DNA of 64,000 bases, taken from Candidatus Berkelbacteria bacterium CG10_big_fil_rev_8_21_14_0_10_43_13 (GTDB lineage Bacteria; Patescibacteriota; UBA1384; XYA2-FULL-43-10; 1-14-0-10-43-13). Location: NCBI GenBank assembly GCA_002773985.1, contig PEZW01000018.1:34240-98239 (forward strand), in the 5' to 3' direction. Below are positions 56,043-64,000 of the stretch, in pieces. The notes beneath the pieces are model-generated. The model was not told the origin of the DNA. It ran no database searches and saw only the letters and a list, made by a program, of their open reading frames with translations. A program made the translations under genes and the position numbers. The first letter of the stretch is position 1, and each line of letters opens with the position of its first letter.

Positions 56043-56070
56043 CTAACGATCGTTAGTTAAAAGGATAAAA
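56029..56070. promoter_or_regulatory. Perfect 42-bp palindrome TTTTATCCTTTTAACTAACGA/TCGTTAGTTAAAAGGATAAAA (right copy), overlapping the stop of the 55443 gene
   Basis: The left arm's reverse complement equals the right arm exactly. Confidence 0.55.
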
Positions 56071-56115
56071 ATAAAGTTGAATAGTAAAAATAGCCACAAT
56101 TTTTGCAGAATAATT

Positions 56116-57438
56116 ATGAGAATAAAAATTGAGAAGTTAATATATGAAGGCTGGGGCATCGGGCACGACGAAAATGGTCGCGCTGTTTTTGTCAAAAAAT
56201 CTGTTCCTGGCGACGTCTTGGATGTCAAAATAACCAAAGAAAAAAAGTCCTATACTGAAGCTGTGATTGAAAAAATAATCGAGCCATCAGAAAAAAGAAT
56301 TGATCCACCATGTCAATATTTTGATCTCTGTGGTGGCTGTGAACACCAAAATATTGCTTATCCTGATCAATTGAAATTTAAAGAAGAAATTTTTAGAGAA
56401 ACGCTGTCGCGGACAAAAATTGAGACAGAGATATTGCCAATCGTGCAAGCCTCTGAGCCATTCTTTTATCGCAACTCCATCCGTTTCTTTTTGGTCGAGC
56501 AAAAAAGCGGAAAGAAAATTTTCACTCGCCACAATTATCTCTACACTGATGGCTTAGTCGAAGCAGAAAGCTGTTTGCTCCAATCAGTAAAATCAAACCT
56601 GATTTTGTCTCTGATTTTAGAAGTCGTCAATTCTGATCGCAACAAATCTCTATCCGGTTTTTATCAGGTCAAGATCCGTGAAGGTAAATTTACTGATGAA
56701 TTTATGGTCGAGCTGATGACTGATGACAATAAGTTGCCATTTGAGCTGGAACTAAAAACCGCCCTCAATCAAATTCCGGAGATTAAGTCCCTCTATCACA
56801 CAGTCACTCCACAGAGGCAACTGAGGAATATTCGACGACGCTTACTTCATGGCTCACCAATAATAAGCGAAAAGATTGATAAATATAAATTTCAGATTTC
56901 GCCAGATTCTTTTTTTCAGACCAATTCACTCGGAGTTAAGGCTTTATATGACAAGATCAAGGAATTCGCACAGATCGAAATGGGGGACACTGCTCTTGAT
57001 CTTTTCTGCGGTACTGGCACGATCGGTATTTATCTCTCGACACTGGCCAAGGAAGTTGTCGGCGTCGAAGTCGTCCAAAGTGCCGTCAATGACGCCAAAG
57101 TCAATGCTAGAATAAATAATATTTATAATTGTGAATTTATCCACGCCGATGTAAATATGTGGCTTAGAAATGAAAAAATTGAAAAATATGAAAATATAAA
57201 AATTATCCTCGATCCGCCTCGCGCTGGGCTAAACAAAGAATTGATCAAAAAACTTTCTAACTTTTTGTCCTTGAAAAACTTTACAAACTTAATTTATGTT
57301 TCCTGCAACCCTGCGACTTTTGCCCGCGACATCAATGAATTTGAATTACATGGACTAAAATTAAAAAAAGTCCAGCCACTGGACATGTTTCCGCAAACCC
57401 ATCACCTCGAATGTGTCGGATTATTGCAAAAGATCTAA
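56116..57438 (+). CDS. rlmD: 23S rRNA (uracil-C5)-methyltransferase RlmD/RumA family (TRAM, [4Fe-4S] Cys cluster, SAM MTase). Start taken at MRIKIEK.
   Basis: TRAM domain, CQYFDLCGGCEHQ cluster, SAM motif LDLFCGTGTIG and the catalytic Cys near the C-terminus (YVSCNPAT). Confidence 0.8.
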   Translation: MRIKIEKLIYEGWGIGHDENGRAVFVKKSVPGDVLDVKITKEKKSYTEAVIEKIIEPSEKRIDPPCQYFDLCGGCEHQNIAYPDQLKFKEEIFRETLSRTKIETEILPIVQASEPFFYRNSIRFFLVEQKSGKKIFTRHNYLYTDGLVEAESCLLQSVKSNLILSLILEVVNSDRNKSLSGFYQVKIREGKFTDEFMVELMTDDNKLPFELELKTALNQIPEIKSLYHTVTPQRQLRNIRRRLLHGSPIISEKIDKYKFQISPDSFFQTNSLGVKALYDKIKEFAQIEMGDTALDLFCGTGTIGIYLSTLAKEVVGVEVVQSAVNDAKVNARINNIYNCEFIHADVNMWLRNEKIEKYENIKIILDPPRAGLNKELIKKLSNFLSLKNFTNLIYVSCNPATFARDINEFELHGLKLKKVQPLDMFPQTHHLECVGLLQKI

Positions 57439-57448
57439 TCAGTGCAAA

Positions 57449-57633
57449 CGAGCCGCTCGAGATTTTGGTAAACCAGGAGCGGCTCCGAAAAGGGGAGGTG
57501 AGGTGGCCTGTCTCTAGGAGCGCCAATGCGATGCCTGTGTGACATTCTAGACTACTGCTCGTCACAGCAGCCGAGAATGTGGCCAACCACACAGGCACTA
57601 TCCGTGTCGGGATTGTCGCACCACCTCACCTGT
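57449..57633 (+). other. GC-rich, highly structured element (local hairpin GAGCCGCTC/GAGCGGCTC, long-range helices GGAGGTGAGGTGG/CCACCTCACCTG and CCTGTGTG/CACACAGG, inner ACATTCT/AGAATGT and CTGCT/AGCAG). Candidate ncRNA or palindromic repeat.
   Basis: The nested complementary segments were read directly. It is followed by T-runs, and sits between rlmD and lexA. Confidence 0.3.
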
Positions 57634-57860
57634 GATTATATTAGCGTTTTTCAATTTTTTGTCAATCTTATTAAAAGTTTTCCACAGGCCTTTGTTTGAC
57701 TTTTGTTTGGGTTATGTTCGATAATGTATAAGTAAACAGACCGAACACAATCGGATTTCAATTCTACCGACACTAAATATTAATCCGCATTTGTATGTTT
57801 GTATTAGATTTGTCCCCCAAAGGGGGATCTCCCCTTGGGATGATAATTTGTAGATATCTT

Positions 57861-58466
57861 ATGGAAACACTGACAAAAAAACAAAAAGAAATCCTAGAAT
57901 ATATCCGTCAATTCATTGACGAAAACGGCTACGCGCCGAGCTATCGCGAGATTGCTGCTTATTTTGAATTATCATCGACCGGAACCATCGCTGAATACGT
58001 TTCTATATTAGAAGATAAGGGCTATCTGACAAAGGAAGCGACCGAAGCTCGTGCGATCCAGTTGACACCGGCTTATGATGACGGCGTCGAGTTGCACTCG
58101 ATACAACTCCTTGGAATTATCGACGCCGGCCGGCCGATCGAAGCCATCAGGACAAACGAAACAATAGACATACCTCGTGATATGCTGGGGCGACATACTT
58201 TTGCCCTCAAGGTTCGTGGCGAATCAATGATTGATGACGGCATTTTGGAGGGGGACTATGTCATCATTGAACAGACATCTTTGCCAAAAAACGGCGAGAT
58301 CGTCGTCGCCTTGATCGATAATTCGAACGCCACACTAAAACGCTACTATAGTGAAAAAAATAGTGTTCGTCTCCAGCCGGCCAACAAGACGATGAAGCCA
58401 ATGCTATTCAAAAAAAATCGTGTCACCATCCAGGGTCGTGTTAAAGGCGTCATCCGCAAGTTCTAA
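57861..58466 (+). CDS. lexA: LexA repressor (start taken at METLTKK)
   Basis: wHTH domain, DAG cleavage site, Ser (GESM) and Lys (TLKR) dyad of the S24 peptidase. Confidence 0.85.
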   Translation: METLTKKQKEILEYIRQFIDENGYAPSYREIAAYFELSSTGTIAEYVSILEDKGYLTKEATEARAIQLTPAYDDGVELHSIQLLGIIDAGRPIEAIRTNETIDIPRDMLGRHTFALKVRGESMIDDGILEGDYVIIEQTSLPKNGEIVVALIDNSNATLKRYYSEKNSVRLQPANKTMKPMLFKKNRVTIQGRVKGVIRKF

Positions 58467-58572
58467 ATATTTTTTTCAATTCAAAATCATTTACACAAAA
58501 GTTCTTTTGGTAAAAATAGACAACAAATTTCGTTGTGCTATAATTTAGATGTATATTTTCCGAAGGAGGGAA

Positions 58573-59316
58573 ATGGGGATATCAGACGACATTTCGCCAC
58601 GACGAAATCATCACTCGACACACGCTATACCGAAGCCTGAAATAAAACTTCCGGTTGCTTCTGATGATGATTTAAAACCAGAAAAAACCCACAAGACTGT
58701 AGAGCCGAAGAAGAAGACGGAAACAGATGGAGATTTGTTTACACCAAACAATGAAAGTGACTTTTTTCCGCCAAGCAAGAAGGCCAAAGAGCCAATAAAA
58801 ATTTCAGCCGCAAAAACACCCACCAAAGAGAAAAACTCAGAGACTGATCAGCGAAAGACTGTTTTTTCTTGGCGGCAGGCATTTCGCAATATTATAGCTA
58901 TTGTCATCATTGTGTTGCTGACGATATTGATTTATAGCAATATCGACTCAATTAAGAATTTTGTTTCCGACGGTGACACAACAAAGAAATCTGGCGATGC
59001 AAACGCAGTAACTGTTGTGGAAACACCGGCGGCTCCTGACAAGACAACCACTACTATTCAAGTCTTGAACGGTAGTGGAGTCAACAATATCGCAGCCACT
59101 TATAAGACAATTCTCAGCCAGGCAGGGTACAATGTTGCAGCGATTGGAAACGCCTCGCGCTATGATTACTGGAGCACTTATGTTTATTACAAAACCGGAT
59201 ATGATACCATCGCTTCAGATATTAAAACCGTCCTGAAGCGAAAATCGACACTGTTAAAAAATGACGACACGATGACAAAAAATTATGACATTGTCATAAT
59301 CATGGGAAGCCACTAA
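58573..59316 (+). CDS. LytR_C (LCP C-terminal) domain protein with a TM helix (start taken at MGISDD)
   Basis: C-terminal TIQVLNGSGVNNIAATYKTILSQAGYNVAAIGNA block typical of LytR_C, and one TM helix. Confidence 0.55.
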   Translation: MGISDDISPRRNHHSTHAIPKPEIKLPVASDDDLKPEKTHKTVEPKKKTETDGDLFTPNNESDFFPPSKKAKEPIKISAAKTPTKEKNSETDQRKTVFSWRQAFRNIIAIVIIVLLTILIYSNIDSIKNFVSDGDTTKKSGDANAVTVVETPAAPDKTTTTIQVLNGSGVNNIAATYKTILSQAGYNVAAIGNASRYDYWSTYVYYKTGYDTIASDIKTVLKRKSTLLKNDDTMTKNYDIVIIMGSH

Positions 59317-59475
59317 ATCTTTCGCGACACCTGACTACCACAAATACATTTCTGGTTTGTTTGTGTTTAGATACTGAAAGTGGTGACGAATTTCTAATTT
59401 CTAATTTCCCCCAAAGGGGAGTCTTTGACTTAATTTCTAAACAAATTTTAAGGTTAAATTCCTAAATTTCACATT

Positions 59476-59736
59476 ATGGATCTGCTAATTTCAATATTTA
59501 GTTTCTACGACAAAACCCTCTCCGGACTGCCAGCAAATGCCCAGTTTTTTATCGCTTTATTGCTAATCGCCTTGATTTGCTGGTCTTTTTATTCTATTTT
59601 TGCTCATGGGCACTGGATTTTTATCATTATTTTTGTCATTCTATTCCCAGGTGCCTGGCCAGCCCTAAAATCAATCGGCGTTATTACTTGGGCAGCTCTT
59701 AAGTTTCTAATCGTCAGAATCCGCATCAATATATAA
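59476..59736 (+). CDS. Small hypothetical membrane protein (2-3 TM)
   Basis: Hydrophobic ORF downstream of a TCCCCCAAAGGGGAG palindrome. Confidence 0.35.
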   Translation: MDLLISIFSFYDKTLSGLPANAQFFIALLLIALICWSFYSIFAHGHWIFIIIFVILFPGAWPALKSIGVITWAALKFLIVRIRINI

Positions 59737-59737
59737 A

Positions 59738-59845
59738 TATTACCACTGTTGTGTAATTCGGATCGAAGTGTCATTCTGAGGTAACGAAGAACCTCTCTAG
59801 ATCCTTCGCTTCCAAACTACATCGGCTCAGGATGACAATTAGACA
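59738..59845. repeat. MITE-like element (ATTACCACTGTTGTGTAATTCGGATCGAAGTGTCATTCTGAGG ... CTCAGGATGACAATT)
   Basis: An inverted, near-identical copy lies at 63618-63720. Confidence 0.5.
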
Positions 59846-59969
59846 GCTCATGTAAATTTTATAAATTTTCTGGTTGCAAAAAAACAATGTCTTTGTCCTA
59901 CAGTGTGCCACCCAACATAAATAAGTGATCAATTTGTGTCAACTTTAATAACCAACCGAAAGGGTATAT

Positions 59970-61220
59970 ATGAGCGAGACAAATGCATTTGACAATGCGA
60001 TTGCCCAGATCGAAAATGCTTCGGGTTGTTGCAGTAATAGTGACAAAAAATTAATTGAGATATTGAAATTTCCCCAGAAAATTATTGAGGTTTCGATTCC
60101 TCTCCGGATGGACAATGGCAGTATCCGTGTTTTTACTGGATTTAGAGTTCAACACAATAACGCTAGGGGACCATACAAGGGTGGGGTGCGCTTTCATCCC
60201 GGAGTTACTCTTGATGAAGTCAAGGCACTTTCACTCTGGATGTCGATGAAATGTGCCGTTGTCAATATTCCTTACGGTGGTGCAAAAGGCGGAATCATCG
60301 TCGACCCCAAAAAATTAACCGGGCATGAGCTAGAGCACCTGACACGAGGTTATGTCGATAAAGTTTTTGACTTCATCGGTCCGATAAAAGATGTGCCGGC
60401 ACCTGACGTTAATACAAATGCCCAAACGATGGCTTGGATTATGGACGAGTATTCACTTCTCAGCCGAGAACACTCACCAGCTGTAGTCACTGGTAAACCT
60501 GTCGCAAATGAGGGCTCGCTTGGTCGTGACACGGCAACAGCAATGGGAGGAAAACACGTTTTACTTGAATATTTGAAAGCAAAAGGCGTTAACCCAAAAA
60601 CCATGACCGTCGCAGTCCAAGGTTTTGGTAACGCGGGTTACAATATCGCCAAATTGCTTCATGACGAAGGTATGTCTATCGTCGCAATCGCCGATTCCAA
60701 GGGGACTGTGTATAACGAAAGCGGCATCGACCCGATGCGGGCACTTAAGTACAAAGAAAAGCATGGCAGTATCAAAAATTTACCTGACAGTGTCGAAATA
60801 AAATCAGAAGAAATATTTGGGCTAGATTGTGATGTTCTCATCCCAGCTGCACTTGAAAACGCTATCGATCACAAAATCGCCAAAACAGTCAAAGCTAAAA
60901 TAATTTTAGAACTAGCAAACGGCCCGATCACTCCTGAGGCTGATATTATTTTGAAGGAAAAAAATATTACGGTAATTCCTGATATCTTGGCAAACTCTGG
61001 TGGTGTCACCGTCAGTTATTTTGAATGGGTTCAGAACCTTTCTCGAGATTATTGGACACTTGAAACAGTAGAAAACAAGCTTCGCGAGATTATGGTAAAT
61101 GCATTTACTGATATATATAATTTTGCCAATCGCAAGAAGGCCACGATGCGCTCTGCAGCATTTGCTTTAGCGATGAATAGGATTATTGAAGCAACTAAAA
61201 ACAGAGGAATATTGTCATGA
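59970..61220 (+). CDS. gdhA: Glutamate dehydrogenase
   Basis: Glu/Leu/Phe/Val dehydrogenase active-site block ([11 protein letters not shown]) and an NAD(P) Rossmann GxGxxG motif (QGFGNAG). Confidence 0.9.
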   Translation: MSETNAFDNAIAQIENASGCCSNSDKKLIEILKFPQKIIEVSIPLRMDNGSIRVFTGFRVQHNNARGPYKGGVRFHPGVTLDEVKALSLWMSMKCAVVNIPYGGAKGGIIVDPKKLTGHELEHLTRGYVDKVFDFIGPIKDVPAPDVNTNAQTMAWIMDEYSLLSREHSPAVVTGKPVANEGSLGRDTATAMGGKHVLLEYLKAKGVNPKTMTVAVQGFGNAGYNIAKLLHDEGMSIVAIADSKGTVYNESGIDPMRALKYKEKHGSIKNLPDSVEIKSEEIFGLDCDVLIPAALENAIDHKIAKTVKAKIILELANGPITPEADIILKEKNITVIPDILANSGGVTVSYFEWVQNLSRDYWTLETVENKLREIMVNAFTDIYNFANRKKATMRSAAFALAMNRIIEATKNRGILS

Positions 61221-62155
61221 CAGAAACCAAAAAGTATGATGTTGTCATAATCGGTGGTGGACCGGCTGGATTAACTGCTGGAATTTATGCTGGACGTCGG
61301 GCGCTGAAGACGTTGGTTGCAACAAAAGATATTGGTGGTCAAATCGCTCAAACAAGCGAAGTTGAAAATTACCCTGGTTTCGAATTGATTTCAGGTTTTG
61401 ATCTAGCCAAGAAATTTTTCAATCAAGCTAAAAAGTTTGGTGCCGAGATTAAATTTGATGAAGCCAAAAAGATTACAAAATCAAAAGATGGTTTCAAGAT
61501 CAAATTTACTCGCGAAACAGTCGAAGCCAAAACCATTATTCTGGCTTTCGGTAAGAAACCGCGAGAACTTGGTGTCCCCGGAGAAGAAAGGCTTAGAGGC
61601 GCCGGAGTTTCGTATTGTGCCACCTGCGACGCACCATTTTTCAAAGGAAAAATACTGACAATAGTTGGTGGTGGTAACACCGCCTTGGAGTCATCGATAT
61701 TTTCCGCCGCTATCGCCAAAAAAGTTTATCTTATATATCGTGGCTCTGAATTTCGTGGCGAAAAGATTCTGCAAGAAAAAGTAAAGAAAATTCCAAATGT
61801 TGAGATAATGTTTAGCGAAGAAGTGACAGAAGTTTTTGGCAAAGACACTGTCGACTCGATCTCTCTTAAATCGGGCAAAAAGCTCAAAACTGATGGCATA
61901 ATTGTCGAAATCGGCTTTGTAGTTGATCGGACACTGGCCGAGGGATTTGTTGAGATGGACGAAAAAAATCAGATTGTTATCAATCCACTTCAAGAAACCT
62001 CAGTTCCTGGAATTTTTGCTGCTGGCGATCTGACGCAGACAGCAGCCAAACAAGTTGTCATCGCTGCTGGAGAAGGTGCAAAAGCAGCCCTGTCCTGCTT
62101 CGACTATCTTCAGCGAATTGACGGCAAACGTGGCATTTTAGCCGACTGGCATTAA
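61217..62155 (+). CDS. trxB: Thioredoxin-disulfide reductase
   Basis: FAD motif ([14 protein letters not shown]), redox-active [17 protein letters not shown] motif. Confidence 0.9.
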   Translation: MTETKKYDVVIIGGGPAGLTAGIYAGRRALKTLVATKDIGGQIAQTSEVENYPGFELISGFDLAKKFFNQAKKFGAEIKFDEAKKITKSKDGFKIKFTRETVEAKTIILAFGKKPRELGVPGEERLRGAGVSYCATCDAPFFKGKILTIVGGGNTALESSIFSAAIAKKVYLIYRGSEFRGEKILQEKVKKIPNVEIMFSEEVTEVFGKDTVDSISLKSGKKLKTDGIIVEIGFVVDRTLAEGFVEMDEKNQIVINPLQETSVPGIFAAGDLTQTAAKQVVIAAGEGAKAALSCFDYLQRIDGKRGILADWH

Positions 62156-62278
62156 TGTTTCAAAGTAAGACTGGGCCATTTTGCAGTCGCAAAACGGAGT
62201 TGCTTTATTATTCTTTTCGAATTCGTTATAATATTCTTATACGAATTGTTTTTACGATATTTCAAATAAGGAGGGTAA

Positions 62279-63595
62279 GTGGCTGCAATTAAAGAAATCC
62301 GCGCTAGTGAAATTTTAGATTCTAGAGGAAATCCCACAGTTTCTTGCGAAATTTTACTTGATGACGCGACATACGCTGTCGGATATGTCCCTTCAGGCGC
62401 TTCCGCTGGCAAATATGAGGCTATTGAGCTAAGAGATGGGGACAAGAAACGTTTCAACGGCAAAGGCGTTCTCAAGGCCGTCAACAACGTAAACACCTCT
62501 ATCAGAAGTGCTCTTATCGGTATGGATGTGGCCAATATCTCTCAAGTTGATCAGAAAATGATTGCTCTCGACGGTACCACAAATAAAGCCACCTTGGGCG
62601 CAAACGCGATATTGTCTGTATCCTTTTCTGTCGCTAAAGCCGCCGCCAAAAGTAGTAGGATGCAGTTGCACCAATATCTTGCCGCATTGATGGGTAAACG
62701 GACAGACAAGTTAATTCTTCCAATCCCATTTTTTAATATTTTAAACGGTGGTAAACACGCTGTTGGTTCGACAGATTTTCAGGAGTATATGATTGTTCCG
62801 ATCAAATTTCCCTCATTTCGCGAGGCTTATCGGGCGGCTACTGAGATTAATCACGCCTTGGGCAAAATACTCGAAGAAAGAAATTATCAGCCACTTGTTG
62901 GAGACGAGGGAGGCTATGCTCCATCACTTTTTTCAAACGAACAAGCCATGGAGCTTTTGATGATGGCGATTGCCGAAGCTGATTATCGGGCTGGAGAAAA
63001 TATCTTTATCGCCCTTGACCCTGCGGCTAGTCGGATTTATTCTGAAGAAAACTTTTATGAACTTCACCGAGAAAATAAATCACTCACCAGTGACGAACTG
63101 ATTAATTTTTACGAGGCTTGGATAGAAAAATATCCGATTATTTCCATCGAGGATCCACTGGCTGAAGGTGATTGGGATGCTTGGCGTGATATGACCCAGC
63201 GCGTCGGAGATAAAATCGAGATAATAGGTGACGACATTTATGTTACAAATACCGAATTGTTGAAGAAGGGGATTGAGCAAAAAGCCTCGACTGGCATCCT
63301 TGTTAAGCCGAATCAGATCGGAACTGTGACTGAAACTCTCCAGACTGTGAAAATGGCTGAAGACTCAGGCTTCAAAGTGATGATTTCTCACCGCTCCGGT
63401 GAAACAGAGGATACCTTTATCTCTGACCTGGCCGTCGCGACTGGATGTGGTACGATCAAATCTGGTGCTCCTTGTCGCTCGGAGAGAACATCAAAGTACA
63501 ATCGTCTCTGTGAGATAGAGGACAAAAATCAGGGGAACGCTTCTCTCGCGACATGGTCTATGTCAGACGATGTGGTTGTCACACCTCAACTGTAA
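62279..63595 (+). CDS. eno: Enolase (GTG start, AAGGAGGG RBS)
   Basis: N-terminal SEILDSRGNPTV, catalytic Lys/Glu blocks, SHRSGETED. Confidence 0.95.
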   Translation: MAAIKEIRASEILDSRGNPTVSCEILLDDATYAVGYVPSGASAGKYEAIELRDGDKKRFNGKGVLKAVNNVNTSIRSALIGMDVANISQVDQKMIALDGTTNKATLGANAILSVSFSVAKAAAKSSRMQLHQYLAALMGKRTDKLILPIPFFNILNGGKHAVGSTDFQEYMIVPIKFPSFREAYRAATEINHALGKILEERNYQPLVGDEGGYAPSLFSNEQAMELLMMAIAEADYRAGENIFIALDPAASRIYSEENFYELHRENKSLTSDELINFYEAWIEKYPIISIEDPLAEGDWDAWRDMTQRVGDKIEIIGDDIYVTNTELLKKGIEQKASTGILVKPNQIGTVTETLQTVKMAEDSGFKVMISHRSGETEDTFISDLAVATGCGTIKSGAPCRSERTSKYNRLCEIEDKNQGNASLATWSMSDDVVVTPQL

Positions 63596-63617
63596 ATAAA
63601 ATAATACTGGTGTTGCA

Positions 63618-63720
63618 CAATTGTCATCCTGAGCCGATGTAGTTTGGAGGCGAAGGATCTCAGAGATTCTTCGTTACCTCAGAATGACACTTCGATCAGA
63701 ATTACACAACAATGGTAAAT
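63618..63720. repeat. MITE-like element, inverted copy of 59738-59845
   Basis: Its reverse complement matches 59741-59840 with few mismatches. Confidence 0.5.
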
Positions 63721-63728
63721 AATATAAA

Positions 63729-63768
63729 AAATCCCGCCATTTCTCAGGCGGGATTTTTTATATTTCTA
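63729..63768. terminator. Bidirectional intrinsic terminator (A-run, ATCCCGCC-atttctca-GGCGGGAT, T-run) shared by eno and the convergent transglycosylase gene
   Basis: Perfect 8-bp stem flanked by AAAAAA and TTTTTT. Confidence 0.7.
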
Positions 63769-64000
63769 GACCGTAACTTCGTGCTAAATTCTTAATTTTA
63801 TTTAGATAAGAAATTGAACGATTATACTTCAAAATGGCGTTATCTTTATCAGCCTGATAATTGCAATCACTCAAAAGTTTTGCAGCTGAATATATTGCAT
63901 CAGAAACATTGTGGACATTTTTCACCCCGTCACCATCACCATCAACAGCGTGCCCACGAAACGTTGAGGGCATAAACTGCATCGGGCCGGTCGCACCGGA
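63758..64000 (-). CDS. Lytic transglycosylase (SLT domain), 3' part only. The gene continues past the window end.
   Basis: The reverse strand near the window end reads SGATGPMQFMPSTF, the SLT catalytic motif. The ORF is open to nt 64000. Confidence 0.75.
   Translation of the reverse strand, partial: SGATGPMQFMPSTFRGHAVDGDGDGVKNVHNVSDAIYSAAKLLSDCNYQADKDNAILKYNRSISYLNKIKNLARSYGLEI

Noticed and set aside
57449-57633. A known riboswitch (TPP, cobalamin, c-di-AMP, ZTP, fluoride) upstream of lexA
   Set aside because: None of the class-defining conserved boxes could be found by eye. Left as an unclassified structured element.

Overview
This is an AT-rich bacterial chromosomal segment (roughly 40% GC by eye) with small, tightly packed genes and many overlapping starts and stops. 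Gene content suggests a reduced-genome fermentative organism, possibly CPR/Patescibacteria-like; that lineage call is inference only.

Recognisable housekeeping genes are: a pseudouridine synthase (5' partial), a D-Ala-D-Ala carboxypeptidase, rnc, nusB, rpmF (L32, missed by the ORF track because it is under 60 aa), leuS, rarA, murA, mreB, nusA, clpC, hisS, a SpoU methyltransferase, rlmD, lexA, gdhA, trxB, eno and a partial lytic transglycosylase.

Metabolism genes present are a 2-oxoacid:ferredoxin oxidoreductase (alpha, beta, and a gamma-delta fusion), an ADP-forming acetyl-CoA synthetase, and iPGM next to a catalytically degenerate iPGM paralog. There is also a Liv-type ABC importer interrupted by a DinD/Bro-N-like gene, three glycosyltransferases, an OmpR/HK two-component pair, a sortase, a PEGA protein, and a MacB/FtsX-like ABC pair in an operon with a 1670-aa Fn3/beta-propeller surface protein.

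The most interesting region is a 4.5-kb islet (5865-10321) bounded by perfect 32-bp direct repeats. Each repeat is a bidirectional terminator plus a tRNA 3'-CCA end, and the islet lies next to a tRNA-Ala and a truncated tRNA. It carries a Type II R-M system: a C (controller) protein with a tandem C-box-like operator, a HindIII-like endonuclease, and a methyltransferase whose N-terminus is a complete, apparently cleavage-competent LexA paralog. A Zn-ribbon/coiled-coil PD-(D/E)XK protein and a YjzC-like small protein sit alongside.

The second interesting locus holds an intact tRNA-Leu(CAA) and a GIY-YIG gene, both lying between the two halves of a second, split tRNA-Leu(CAA)-like gene. That split gene has compensatory acceptor-stem changes and three 20-bp palindrome insertions, and is followed by a GC-rich islet encoding a lipoprotein and a LysM protein.

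Intergenic space is densely populated by GC-rich palindromic MITE/REP-like elements in several families. One inverted pair brackets gdhA-trxB-eno. Two 42-bp perfect palindromes bracket a PaaX/Cas2-fold wHTH gene. No CRISPR array, rRNA or integrase was found.
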